Assembly: GCA_951406725.2 (NCBI GenBank)
Contig: OX597828.1
Location: 54,932,001 to 54,996,000, forward strand
Length of the DNA stretch: 64,000 nucleotides
From: Octopus vulgaris
Taxonomy: Eukaryota
Direction: 5' to 3'
Below, in pieces: positions 11,258 to 23,560 of the stretch (the first letter of the stretch is position 1; the number at the start of each line of letters is the position of its first letter). A program made the position numbers and the translations under genes. The notes below the pieces were generated by a model. That model had not been told where the DNA came from. It searched no databases and was given only the letters and a program-made list of their open reading frames with translations.

Positions 11258-11339
11258 GTGTTGCTACAAAGTCTCAGAATGGTATTACAACCACCTAAAT
11301 GGTCAAAAGCCTATTATAATGGTGACTGATAATACGAAG
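11258..11339 (+). CDS. DIS3L: DIS3L exon 4 (PIN)
   Basis: cctag|..CCYKVSEWYYNHLNGQKPIIMVTDNTK|gtgagt. Confidence 0.95.
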
Positions 11340-11694
11340 GTGAGTTGCTGATCTCTTTCAATGCCTCAACATCCAATCAAACTATAAAATGACTTTTCCC
11401 TTTTCTGTATTTACAAATTAATATTCTGTGTCTCAGTCTTCAGCATCCTCCTTGATAACTCTGTTCATAGATGCTTTGAATCAATCAAGATTTTTTAAAA
11501 GATCTTTTAGGATCCATACATGTTATAAACTGGTTGTTGCTGTTGAGTAAAAGATAAAAAAAATGTCCTGTATGCTTGTTTGAGAAACTGTATCTTTTAA
11601 AACAACTTAAGAACCTTCAGTGACTGTGTAAATACTAGGAACAAGATTTTTCTTCATGACCATATTTTACAAAATACATCTTAGCAGAAATTAA

Positions 11695-11901
11695 CCCCTA
11701 GCAGATGGAAAACGGTACTGACTGCATTGAAATACTGTGTGTGAGCAGTACAATGTCTTGTTCTGTGCTGTACCTTGTTTTCAAATACACCACACTGTAA
11801 AGACATTATAAAATTGTTTGTATGAAAGATTATGTAGTTACTAAACGACCTAATACCAGTACACAGCACTGACTGTCAGTGCTAAATCTGTCTGCAAGGG
11901 G
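11695..11901. mobile_element. piggyBac-type MITE
   Basis: TTAA|cccctagcaga ... tctgcaagggg|TTAA. Confidence 0.8.
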
Positions 11902-12239
11902 TTAAGGATAAATTACGTGGCACATCATAAAGAATTCTAGTGTTGGCTTATGTATCATTATCACTATCATAAGAAAGGGAGTGAGCTGGCAGAATCATTA
12001 GCAGGCTGGGTGAAATGCTTAGCAGTATTTCATCTGTCTTCACATTCTGAGTTCAAATTCCGCTGAGGTCAGCTTCACCTTTTATCCTTTCAGGGTTGAT
12101 AAGATAAGTACCAGTTGATTACTGGGGTCAGTGTAATCGACTATCCTCCTCCCCCAAATTTCAGGCTTTATGCCTATAGTAGAAAGGATTATTCCTACCA
12201 TTTGAATGTTTCACAACAATATTATATCTACATACATCT

Positions 12240-12982
12240 TTAATCCTTTAGCATTCAGATTACTCTGTTGAATATAATGTTTATATACCGTAAATCCTCG
12301 AGTATAATCCACATTTTTTCCCAAAATTCAAAGGTCAAAATCCCTAGTGCGTACTATATACGAGGTTAAAAATGAAAAATATTTTCTAAGCAATGTCCAA
12401 GTCTCCATTTGCTGTCCGGCAATGTTTATTCAGACGCATTTTGTGATGTCAGGCGCGAAAATACCTTAAGCTAAGTCTGAAAGCAATGAAGTCATAAAAG
12501 AATCATCCATAACTTGCAGTAAGCAACATTTATTAAAATAAAAGTATTCAGAACACAGAATAACATATAGCAAAAACAATTTGCAAACCTATTTACATCC
12601 CATATAACAGTTAAGAACATCATTATTGTATTACGCATGTGCGGAAGTGTTTGTCCGACTAGGTGCTGCTGGCTTAATTACGCACAACTCAAGTTAGAGA
12701 AGGGGTACGTATTATAAGGTTTAGGTTTTTCAGAGGTACAGCCCCCTAAAAATCCCCTGCGTATTATGCTCAAGGGTGGACTATACTCGAGGATTTACGG
12801 TATTTACATTGATCTCAATTACTCATGCATTATCTCATAGCTTTGAAAATTTGATAATGTGATTGTTTAGTTTCAGAATGACAAAGTAAGGTAGTTTTGG
12901 GAGGCTGGATCTGGCCCCTTTTAACACAAAACAGATGGAATATTTGGGCTGGGTATGGCTGGTTTGAATGCCAAAGGGCTAA
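12240..12982. mobile_element. piggyBac-type MITE interrupted by a Tc1/mariner MITE
   Basis: ttaatcctttagcattca ... tgaatgccaaagggctaa; the same family recurs, fragmented by three other repeats, at about 46966-47931. Confidence 0.65.
12288..12800. mobile_element. Tc1/mariner (Tc2/pogo-like) MITE
   Basis: TA|ccgtaaatcctcgagtata ... tatactcgaggatttacgg|TA; perfect 19-bp TIR. Confidence 0.88.
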
Positions 12983-13139
12983 AACATTGGTGCACAGCCA
13001 AGTTTATTTCTCTAAAATCAGTCACTGCAGAACCTCTTGATACTATAGAATCCACTTTCAAAAAAAAGCATGATTTGTAACAGTGATTGGATTCACTTAA
13101 TTAATTATATGTGACTAATTACTTTTGTTGGTCTTTCAG

Positions 13140-13281
13140 ATGATTGAAGAATATGGATGCAAAACTTTGAACGTCTTTGTTTTATCAATGGAAGACTACA
13201 TGAATAGCTTTTGGGAGGAACTTCCAGGAATAATTGATTTATACACATCTCTTCGTGCATCTTTAGACAGTAAGCAAAAAG
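13140..13281 (+). CDS. DIS3L: DIS3L exon 5
   Basis: ttcag|MIEEYGCKTLNVFVLSMEDYMNSFWEELP..SKQK|gtaaat. Confidence 0.94.
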
Positions 13282-13633
13282 GTAAATGCATGCTTGACCT
13301 TTCCTCTCTCTCTCTGTCTGTCTGTCTGTCTGTCTGTCATTGTCAGGTGTCATTGCTGCATATGAACATAGAACTGCTCTAGATTCAAAACCAGGAACCT
13401 TTGCTTCTAAGCCAAATATTTCGTTTGAATCATTTACTATTTTGCTGGTGACAAAGTTGGAGCTGAGGAGTGGTAAGTAGCTTGTTTACCAACCACATGG
13501 TTCCGGGTTCAATCCCATTGCGTGGCACCATGGGCAAGTGTCTTCTACTATAGCCTGTAAGTGGATTTGGTAGACGGAAACTGAAAGAAGCCCGTTGTAT
13601 ATATATGTATATATATATGTGTGTGTGTGTGTG

Positions 13634-13890
13634 TCATCTCTTGTGAAAGGTAGGAGAGTCCAGTTTGCTGGACATTGTTGTAGAGCTGAAAAAGAAGTAA
13701 TTTCTACTCTTCTCCTCTGGAAGTCATCTACTCGCAACACCAGAGGGCGCACACTCTCCTACCCTGATGTAATCTCCAGGGATACAGGCATCCAGCAACA
13801 GGACCTCCGTAATGCTATGATGGACCGTGAAGTCTGGCGCAACATGGTAAATTCCATTGTCTCGACCACGGTCGAACAATTATGATGATG
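13634..13890 (+). mobile_element. 5'-truncated RTE-like LINE 3' end inserted into the microsatellite of a family 2 SINE
   Basis: RRVQFAGHCCRAEKEVIS..GR..MMDREVWR (RTE ORF C-terminus), (TGA)n tail; the SINE resumes after it. Confidence 0.8.
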
Positions 13891-13924
<34 letters not shown>

Positions 13925-14214
13925 ATATGTTTTTGTGCATGTGTTTTTCCCCGCAACATCGTTTGGCAAAAGAGGCTGATAGAATAAGCACTAGGCTTAC
14001 AAAGAATAAGTCCTGGGGTCAATTTGCTCGACTAAAAGCGGTGCTCCAGCATGGCCACATTCAAATGACAGAAACAAGTGAAAGAGTAAAGAGTATAAGA
14101 TATAAATATATATACACACTATATACTTATATATACATGTTACTTACTTTTATATTAATTTTCTTTTGGGATTTTATATTTATTTTCATTTTTCCAATTT
14201 TCTTGACTTTTCAG

Positions 14215-14344
14215 GAACAGAATATTTGGGATATCTTCCAATGCACTGTCTTGAGAGTGGTGTCAAAACTGGTCTCTTCATAAAGGGACACTTAAATGTC
14301 AACAAACATGATGCTCAGAGAGAAGCTTTTCTACAGCGTAGCAG
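14215..14344 (+). CDS. DIS3L: DIS3L exon 6 (CSD1)
   Basis: ttcag|..EYLGYLPMHCLESGVKTGLFIKGHLNVNKHDAQREAF..|gtcagt. Confidence 0.94.
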
Positions 14345-14424
14345 GTCAGTCCACTTATAATTGTATACATGTAGCACTGATCTCCATGTTACATACATCT
14401 ATGTGTGTGTCTGTGTATATATTT

Positions 14425-15053
14425 GTAAGATTGCGAGTTTTATAGCTGGTAGGACTTTGTTTCCTTGAGTAAGACACTTTGTTTCATACTGCTCCAGTCC
14501 ACTCAGCTGGTAGAAACAAGTGGTACCGGTAATTCAAAGGGTCGGCCTTGTCACCTTCTGTGTCATGTTGAATCTCTCCGAGTACTATGTTAAGAGTAGA
14601 TGTCTGTGGAGTGCTCAGGCACTTTACTCTTTTACTTGTTTCAGTCATTTGACTGCGGCCATGCTGGAGCACTGCCTTTAGTCGAGCAAATCGACCTCAG
14701 AATTTATTCTATGTAAGCCTAGTGCTTATTCTATCGGTCTCTTTTGCCGAACAGCTAAGTTACGGGGCCGTAAACACACCAGCATCGGTTGTCAAGCGAT
14801 GTTGGGGGGACAAACACAGACACACATACATATATATATCTCTTTTACTGTTTTACTTGTTTTAGTTATTTTGACTGCGGCCATGCTGGAGCGCCGCCTT
14901 TAGTCGAGCAAATTGACCCCAGGACTTAATTCTTTGTAAGCCTAGTACTTATTCTATCGGTCCCTTTTGCTGAACCGCTAAGTTACGGGGACGTAAACAC
15001 ACCACCATCGGTTGTCAAGCGATATTGGGGGGACAAACACAGACACACAAACT

Positions 15054-15085
<32 letters not shown>

Positions 15086-15332
15086 CATATATACGACGGG
15101 CTTCTTTCAGTTTCCGTCTACCAAATCCACTCACAAGGCTTTGGTCGGCCCAAGGTTATAGTAGAAGACACTTGCCCTAGGTGCCACGCAGTGGGACTGA
15201 ACCCGGAACCATGTGGTTGGTAAGCAAGCTACTTACCACACAGTCACTCCACTTGCATGATTATCTCACAAGCAGGCTGACCCATTGTTCGGATCAACAG
15301 GAACACTCGTCATCATAACCAATAGAGTGCCG
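14425..15332 (+). mobile_element. Degenerate SINE split by two inserted family 2 SINE copies
   Basis: ..gtgctcaggcact| insertions 14603-15250 |acttgcatg..; uninterrupted relative at about 42760-43075. Confidence 0.7.
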
Positions 15333-15753
15333 GTGGGATGAGGTGGTGAGATAAGATCTTCAGGTGTTGAGTCTCCTGGAAGCAATGACAAGTGACTGAG
15401 ACTTCTGGCGATTTCCTGTTCTTGAGAAGACACATCAAGCTAAGTGAAATCATAGTTGCAGCCAGTGACACATGAGAGGCACCTGTGTCAGTGATGCATA
15501 AGGGGCACCCATGTCAGTGACACATGTAAACGACACCCAGTAGACTCTGGAGTGGTTGGTGTTAAGACAGGCATCCAGCTGTAGAAACCAAACCAAAACA
15601 GACTGAAGCCTGGTGCTGATCTCTGGGTTACCAGTGCCAATCAAACCATTTTACCCATACTAACACGGATGCTAAATGATGACAATGATTTCTATGAAGC
15701 ATCATTAAATAAAACTTTTCCTTTTTGTTTTTTTTTGGTTTATTAAATTTCAG

Positions 15754-15905
15754 CTGCTCCGATATCAAAAGTGGTAATACCGATATTCTAATTCATGGAA
15801 TGCCTCACCGAAATCGTGCCATTCATGGTGACCTTGTTGTTGTGGAATTATTACCAAAGTCTGAGTGGAGAGGCCGGTCAATGTCTCTTAATGAGAATAA
15901 TCAAG
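15754..15905 (+). CDS. DIS3L: DIS3L exon 7 (CSD1)
   Basis: ttcag|..[31 protein letters not shown]..|gtgagc. Confidence 0.96.
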
Positions 15906-16580
15906 GTGAGCTGGAAATTATTATTAATAATCATTCATCATATCTTTTATTGATGTTTTTTTTACTGTATTGTTATTGTTGTTGTCACTGTGGTTGCTAT
16001 TGGTGGTGTTGAAGATTTTTAGTCCTTACTGTCCAAAATAAGCAGTCTTACAATCACAATTAAGAAAACGTTCTAGTTATAACCATCCTGTCCTTATTCA
16101 AACATAGTGTTTCTAGGTCTACGTTATGGAAGTGTGTGTGAGCATGCGTGCTTGCATTGTGCGTGATTTGCTGTATTAACGAAAATATCCTCTAAATAAT
16201 TAGTTTATATGTAAAAAGCCCGTCTCATTGCCAAAATTTTAACCTGATGGTGTTGGTGCTATACACACACACACACACACACATGTGTATGTGTTTTATG
16301 TATAATGATATATGAAAACAAACTTTAGCTGGAAAAGCATAAAAGCACTCAACACATATATGTAAAATGTAGAATATATTTTTACAAACAAAAGGTTGAC
16401 AGTAACTTTGAAGTTAGAGTATTTGATGTGACAACTGGAAGAAGAAAGGACTGCTGTAACACTTGGTTGGGACTCGTTTTCAACTAAGAAGATTAGAGCA
16501 ACATGAGATGTGGAGCCTTACTCAGGAACACAATGTACCAGGAATGAAACCCACAACCTCATGATCATAAGCTCTATACG

Positions 16581-16755
16581 TTAACCAACAGCCCTCATTC
16601 TAAGTATTATATATAATATAATACTTTAACCAATAGCCCTCATTCTAAGTATTATATATAATCTAATACTTTAACCAATAGCCCTCGTTCTAAGTATTAT
16701 ATATAATCTAATACTTTAACCAATAGCCCTCATTCTAAGTATTATATATAATCTA
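16581..16755. repeat. 45-bp tandem repeat, about 3.9 copies
   Basis: Unit tactttaaccaatagccctcattctaagtattatatataatctaa; gccctc recurs at 16591, 16636, 16681, 16726. Confidence 0.95.
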
Positions 16756-16859
16756 CCTCAAACGCACACAAACTATGACAATTGTTGTGAAGTTGTTCAC
16801 CTCTGCTGATTTAAAATTAAATCCTCTACTCCCATTTATAAAATATCAACAAGAATTAA

Positions 16860-17507
16860 AGGATCTTTACTTTTTGACCTACAGATTTAAAAAATGATTT
16901 TTGGTAACTAAACACTTTCAAACTTTGGACACTGGTAGAATGTGTCATATAAAACATCTTTTACTCTTAGCATCTTTGAGAAAAACTTATATTTACAAAG
17001 TTATTTCACGTTAAAGTTGTTGTATTTCGGTAATTTCAACCAATCAATGACGTGTATTCAGCTGAATAAAATTACTGCTGTTGTTTGTCAACAAGAACTT
17101 CAGGCGGTGTATATTTCGTTTGTCACTGTTACTTACAACAACCCTAACCCTAAAACTATAACCCTAACCCTAAAACCCTAACCCTAATCCCTTAAAGCTA
17201 AAACCAATACAAACGCACAAGCAATGTCATAAACAACAGTGACAAATGAAAAATACACTGCCAATAGTTGTTGTTGACAAACAACGGCAGTAATTTTATT
17301 CAACTGAATACACGTCATTGATTGGTTGAAATTACCGAAATACAACAACTTTAATGTGAAATAACTTCGTAAATATAAGTTTTTCTCAAAAATGCTAAGA
17401 ATAAAAGATGTTTTATATGACACATTCTACCAGTGTCCGAAGTTTGAAAGTGTTTAGTTACAAAAAAATATTTTTTAAATCTGTAGGTCAAAAGGTAAAG
17501 ATCTGGA
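16860..17507. mobile_element. Fold-back MITE with about 280-bp inverted arms and (CCCTAA)-rich spacer
   Basis: Arms about 16862-17140 and 17227-17504 (mirror ORFs 16942+ and 17184-); TTAA on both sides. Confidence 0.88.
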
Positions 17508-17849
17508 TTAAATCTTCTCCCATTTATAAAATATCAATAAACCCAGTTAAAATATTGGTTTCAAATTCTGGTACACAGCGAGCAATTTCCGAGGAGGGTG
17601 TCAAGTCGATTAGATTGACCCCAGTGTTCAACTAGTAGTTATTTCATCAACCTTAGAATGATGACCTTGGTGGATTTTGAACTTGGAATGTAAAAATGGA
17701 TGAAATACTGCTAAGAATTTTACCCAGTGTGAATACAGTTCTGCCAGCTCCTCACTATCTTAAAACCAGTTAAAATGTTAATCTAAGAAATATTTGACTC
17801 AAGAGATGGTAGTTTCTTCACTTTTGTTTTTTGGTTTGTATTTCCACAG

Positions 17850-17959
17850 GTTCTGAAGATGAAGAATCTGATATGTCAACTGTGATGCCAAATGGTAAAG
17901 TAGTTGGAATCATTCAAAGAAACTCCCGAGACTATGCTGCCTCTTTAGTTACAGATGAG
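17850..17959 (+). CDS. DIS3L: DIS3L exon 8
   Basis: cacag|..VMPNGKVVGIIQRNSRDYAAS..|gtaatc. Confidence 0.95.
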
Positions 17960-18185
17960 GTAATCTATCTTATTATTACTTATAGTTTCTCTTTTAAGGC
18001 TACGAGCTGGTCAAATCACCACATAGGATTTCTTTAGCTTGTGCTGTATTGAGTCTGGGTTTTGTGGTATAGCTTATTAGCTATTACAAGGCTTTAGCTG
18101 ACAACCATTCCATTATCATGTTATTTTCATGTGTTTACAAGACCTTTAGAAATTATATTCTTGTTTCTTTCTGTTATTTTTGCAG

Positions 18186-18310
18186 AATAAGGAATCGGAA
18201 GGGAAGAAAAATCCTCGACGAGCTGATCGTGTCTTAGCAATTCCTTGGGATTACCGAATACCAAAAATTCGTATAAGTACCCGTCAAATTGAAAACCTCA
18301 GAGATCAAAG
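18186..18310 (+). CDS. DIS3L: DIS3L exon 9 (CSD2)
   Basis: tgcag|..[26 protein letters not shown]|gtgatt. Confidence 0.95.
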
Positions 18311-19528
18311 GTGATTATTAGTAATTATCAATTCTTGTATGTTCACATCTGATAGGAACACCTTTAATTAAGCCAGGTGTAGTTCATAATTTTCGTTGGT
18401 TACCCACTTTCTTTAACACCAAATTTTTGCTATAGAAATTAGCTGTGGAAATATGCTGTGCTTGAGAAGACTCGGCAAGTTCAAGTGAGACCATAACCTT
18501 GTGACCTATGCCAGGGGTGTAACCAGCCCACTTATGTGTACCTTTCCTTCATTGGACACTAAACTCTGCTTGCGAAGACCTGTTGAGGCAAGTGAAATCG
18601 AAATAGAAATCAAATTCGATGGCTGGCATCCGTGCTAGTGAAGTGCTTAGAGCACCATACGAGTGTGATCATTGCCAGAGCAACAAGCTGATGGCATGTA
18701 AAAAGCACCATTCGAGCGTGATCGTTACCTGCGTCGCCTTACTGACACTTGTGCTGGTGGCATGTGAAAAAAACATTCGAGTGAGGTCGTTGCCAGTGCT
18801 GCTGGACTGGCTCCTGTGCAGGTGGCACATAAAAAGCACCATCTGAGCATGGCCGTTGCCAGTACCGCCTGACCGGCCCTTGTGCCGGTGGCACGTAAAA
18901 GCACCCACTACATTATCGGAGTGGTTGGTGTTAGGAAGGGCATGCAGCTGTAGAAACTGCCAGATCAGATTGGAGTCTGTTGCAGCCATCTGGTTCGCCA
19001 GACCTCTGTCAAATTGTCCAACCCATGCTAGCATGGAAAGCGGACGTTAAACGATGATGATGATTGATTGCTTCAATTTCCATAATAAATAACAATTTGT
19101 ATCTTTATTGAGTATTTTAACCATTTTTATTGTTGTTGTTTAGATACAGGTCAGCCATAATAGAACAGGCCTATGATTCAAATGATTCCGACCATGTTCA
19201 TTTTTTTATTTCAGGTTGAGTGGCCAAAGCTGGAATGCTTTTGGTCATTTCTGCTCAGTGAAAGTTGATTGTCTGTTAAATAACAACTTTTTTTTAAATA
19301 ACTTTTTTTTAAATAACAACTTTTGTTTTAATTCAGGTTCCATTCTCCTCAATATTACATCTACAATGGTAACATAAACCACATTTTCTTCTTGATAGGA
19401 TATTGGAAGAATCGAAAAAGTTGCAGGTGAACCAGGTATGACACAGGCAAGGTGGTCATGTCAGGACATCATACCTGTGTCATTTCAAATTCAATTTTTC
19501 TTATTGTTTAAAATTTATTTCATTTTAG

Positions 19529-19682
19529 ATTTGTGGTAAGGATTGATTCTTGGGAATTAGGTTCCCAATACCCCAATGGGCATTTCGTCCGAACTTTAGG
19601 CCCTGCTGGGGATCCAGAAACTGAAATTGCCACCATTCTAGTAGAGAACAATATATTTATTGGAAATTTTTCAGATTCACAG
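19529..19682 (+). CDS. DIS3L: DIS3L exon 10 (CSD2)
   Basis: tttag|..[32 protein letters not shown]..|gtaagt. Confidence 0.96.
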
Positions 19683-20186
19683 GTAAGTAAACACAACTTT
19701 GATAAAATAAGTTTTTTTTTCTAGTTATGTTTTTTTTCTTTTTGCTTTTAAGAATAGCATTCATGGGCCAAGTGGTGTCCTAGAGATTAAATAAGGCCAG
19801 GTGGAAGGCCTCCATGACAATGGGAAGACGATTCAGTCAAGCGATTTGGGTCAAGATGGAAAAGAATGGCGCAATTAAGACTTTTAATCAAGAATTGGAA
19901 GTGCATTGTGACCAGTGGTGTATAACAACATTTGATGATCTGGTCGACACTATGATACTGCATTGGTTTTTTTATAACTTTGACCAATTGCTTGTTTTTG
20001 TGTCACTGAAATCAATTACAATAAATGTTGGTTTAAATCAGAGTAACAACTGGGGGAACTCCTGAATGTTTTGCATAAGTCAGTTTTGGGTTGGATCCTA
20101 ATAAATTGTTGAAATCATATAAAGTTAGGTGATGGAAATTATAATTATTGCCATATTATGAAGGTTTTTTTTTTTAATCCTTACAG

Positions 20187-20335
20187 TTACAAGAACTCCC
20201 TAAAGTAAGTCCAGAAAATCCTTGGGAAATTCCAGTAGAAGAATCTTCTAAAAGGAGAGACCTTCGAAAGAGCCATCTTGTGTTCAGTATTGACCCTCCA
20301 GGCTGTGAAGATGTTGATGACACACTGTCAGTGAG
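20187..20335 (+). CDS. DIS3L: DIS3L exon 11 (RNB active site)
   Basis: tacag|..[27 protein letters not shown]|gtaata; catalytic aspartates intact. Confidence 0.97.
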
Positions 20336-21009
20336 GTAATAATGTCTGGGTCCTTTTAAATCCAGGGTTTTCTGTATTTCATTCTCATATTGTTCTACTA
20401 CAGCTGAAATTTCATCTACAGCTTTGTAACTTGTAAAGGGCTGGGACCTCTCTTTACTGTTCTGTATTTTATACTCTTTCTCTCCTTCCCCCTTCTCGCC
20501 TTCTCTCTCTGTTTCCCTCTCCCTTTCTCCCCTCTCTCCCTCCCCCTCTTCCTTTGTTTCTCTCTCTTCCTCTCTCTCTTCTCTCGTTATTATCACTCAT
20601 TGAACCTCAAGGGTTGTTTGTAGTGAGAAACTGTCAGTTTGTAGCCTGTGAATCATCATTAGTCCTGGTTCACCTCGGACTATTCAACCTTTCTAATAGT
20701 TAAACTCACTCTGTAAAAGTGGTTGGTGACAGGAAGGGCATCCAGCCATAGAAACCAAACCAAATGACACATATGGGCACCAGTCTGTAGGAGCTGTGGC
20801 TCCCAGTAAGAAAGGATTCTGGCTATGGCTACCCACCCAATCTGGCACAGAAAGCAGACATAAAACCTTGTTGATGATATATGATGCCAGTGTTGAAAGT
20901 ACGAGTGTAGTCTTTATTTACAATACTCATGCCTTTCAGAAAGGCATGAACATCAATCAGTCTCATCCCCCACCCTATATAAATTTGTGCAAGTATACAA
21001 AAAGATTAC

Positions 21010-21204
21010 ACAGTTCTATATTTAAGAGATGAGGAATTATGTACATTATTTACATTTGACGGATATTTGTCCTCATTTTGTTTGTTGTTAACACATTTCG
21101 GGCATATGGTGTAGTGGTTAAGAGCGCAGGCTACTAACCCCAAGATTCTGAGTCCGATTCCAGGCAGTGACCTGAATAATAATAATAATAATAATAATAA
21201 CATC
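21010..21204. mobile_element. Composite repeat: Penelope-type tail segment back-to-back with a tRNA-like head and (AAT)n
   Basis: 21010-21099 matches 43218-43254 plus 43685-43728; 21100-21175 has A/B boxes; second copy at 23186-23346. Confidence 0.7.
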
Positions 21205-21313
21205 AAACTTGCCCCTATACATGTCATACTTTAGGATTATATCGACTCTCAGATATTTCTACAGAAGAATGGTAATTTCTTGTAAAGCTTTGCTTTCGTT
21301 TCTCTATCTTCAG

Positions 21314-21505
21314 GCATCTCCCAGACGGTCATATTGAATTAGGTGTCCACATTGCTGACGTCACCTTCTTTGTGAAGCCGGGTTCACTGTCAGACTTGGA
21401 AGCTAGAGGTCGTTCCACTACGGTTTATCTCGCTGACCGCCGTTACGACATGCTGCCATCGGTTCTGAGTTCTAATTTATGTTCACTGGTCAGCGGAGAG
21501 GACAA
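21314..21505 (+). CDS. DIS3L: DIS3L exon 12 (RNB)
   Basis: ttcag|..[39 protein letters not shown]..|gtaagt. Confidence 0.97.
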
Positions 21506-21867
21506 GTAAGTCATCAAACATCATTTATAGATAAGAATAAGCTTTGCTGATGTTGTTGGTTGGCTGTGGTTGTGGTGGTTGTGATTGCAGCCCCAGGTTA
21601 GTGCTGATTAAACAGACTTAAAATCAAAAGGGTTTCCAACTGTGACCATCATGTCATTTTATTTTTACAAATAGAGAATCTAAAGTGTGATCGTTACTGC
21701 ATCGCCTTACCAGCACTTGTGCTGGTGGCATGTGAAATATTCGAGCGAGGTTGTTGCCAGTGCATAAACACACCAACACTGGTTGTCAAGTGGCAATGGG
21801 GGACATACAGACACAAAGACACACTCACATAGATATATATATGTATGTATGTGTGTGTGTGTGTGTT

Positions 21868-21898
<31 letters not shown>

Positions 21899-22304
21899 AT
21901 ATGTATATGACGGGTTTTTTTCTGTTTCCATCTACTAAATCCACTCACAAGGCTTTGGTTTGCTCGAGGCTATAATAGAGGACACTTGCCTAAGTTGCCA
22001 CACAGTGGGACTGAACCTGGAACCATGTAGTTGGAAGCAAGCTTCTTACCTCACATTCACACCTGTGCTTAATTGCTGATAAATAAAGTATCAGTCTAGT
22101 TTTGTGGTCAGTTCTTTATTTTCTTCATACCTATGGATTGTACCAGTAATTCAAACGTCCAGCCCTGTCATATTGTATTACACTGATTCAACCTAAGACC
22201 TGCATTAAGGGTACACATGTCTTTGGAATACCCTTATAACTACTTAACAAATGCCACTTGTTGCTACTTAACAAATTGGAATTCAGTTGGTGAAACAACT
22301 CCCT

Positions 22305-22667
22305 GTCTCTGCAGCCCCTTCCATCTGTCCTTCTGCAACGGCGCTTCTGGTGGTTTGGCCATGCATGTAGGCGTCCGGTGGGTGAACTGAGCCATGATGT
22401 CCTTCTCTCAACTCCACTTCCCAACTGGCGGAAACGCACAGGCGGGCAGCTGAGGACCTGGGTTACGACGATCAAGGAGGACCTCTCAGTGCTCACGGGA
22501 CCGCAGGTGGTCAGCCTGCACCGATGGAACCGTGACTGGCTCACTATCTCCAGTGAACTGGCGCAGGACCATCGTGCATGGGCCACCATGGTTCGAGATG
22601 CCTCGAGGGGGGGTAGAAGAAGCCGACTCAACCCACCCAGGGTGAATGTCGCCACAAGTACAAGTAA
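22305..22667 (+). mobile_element. RTE-clade LINE 3' fragment
   Basis: QRRFWWFGHACRR..RKRTGGQLRTWVTTIKEDL..AQDHRAWATMVRDA; (CAAGTA)n tail. Confidence 0.85.
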
Positions 22668-22877
22668 GAAACAACTGAATTTTTATTGTCTTGACCGACA
22701 GAGAATTGACCTTATAATTGTGGTAGCAGCAGTGATTTATGTTCTGGTATCATCAAATTCTTCTAATGTCTGAATTGCCACAGACAACTGGCTTGGAAGC
22801 AGGAAATGTGTCTGTTTTGTAATATGGCAAAGGTTTTTGGTGTTGAAGCAGAATCATTCATTTGTGTATCTTTGCAG

Positions 22878-22980
22878 ATGTTCTGTGAGTGTCATGTGGG
22901 AGATGGATGCCAGCTTCAATGTCCTTGATGTCTGGTATGGCCGGACTCTGATTAATTCTTCGTATAAATTAACATATGAG
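22878..22980 (+). CDS. DIS3L: DIS3L exon 13 (RNB)
   Basis: tgcag|..[26 protein letters not shown]|gtaaga. Confidence 0.96.
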
Positions 22981-23510
22981 GTAAGATTTCCATGCTTTTA
23001 TTCTCAATTCTTCACTTGTTTCTGCTGGATGTGTGAAAAGAATTTGAAAAATAATTCTTTAAAAATCAATAAATAAAAGAAAGGAGAATTGTGGTTGAAA
23101 TGTTGCAAAGATTGGAAGAGGTGGAGAGAAAGAAAGAGAGAGATCTTACTATTTATTCAGTTGTAAAGATGTCATCTTAATCACTCAGTTCTATATTTAA
23201 GAGATGAGGAATTATGTACCTTATTTACATTTGACGGATATGCCCACAGGCTTAAGGCACAGTGGTTAAGACCGCGGACTACTAACCCCAAGATTCCAAG
23301 TTCGATTCCAGGCAGTGACCTGAATAATAATAATAACAACAACAACGACGGTGGCCCCTCGGCTTGCCAGCCGCGGTCAAACCATCCAACCCATGCCAGC
23401 ATGGACAATAGATTTTAAATGATGATGATGATATATATATATATTCTTCTACTTGTTTCAGTCAGTTGACTGTGGGCATACACACATACACCCAAGTATA
23501 ACTATATCTA

Positions 23511-23560
<50 letters not shown>

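Noticed and set aside
16581-16755. 45-bp repeat array as CRISPR-like
   Set aside because: No unique spacers; simple minisatellite in eukaryotic DNA.
17139-17192. CCCTAA repeats as an interstitial telomere or fusion site
   Set aside because: Short, degenerate and internal to a MITE; similar tracts occur in the other MITEs.
21100-21175. tRNA-Ser(ACT)-like sequence as a real tRNA gene
   Set aside because: No acceptor stem or long variable arm, and embedded in a repeat; the same applies to the tRNA-Arg-like SINE heads.
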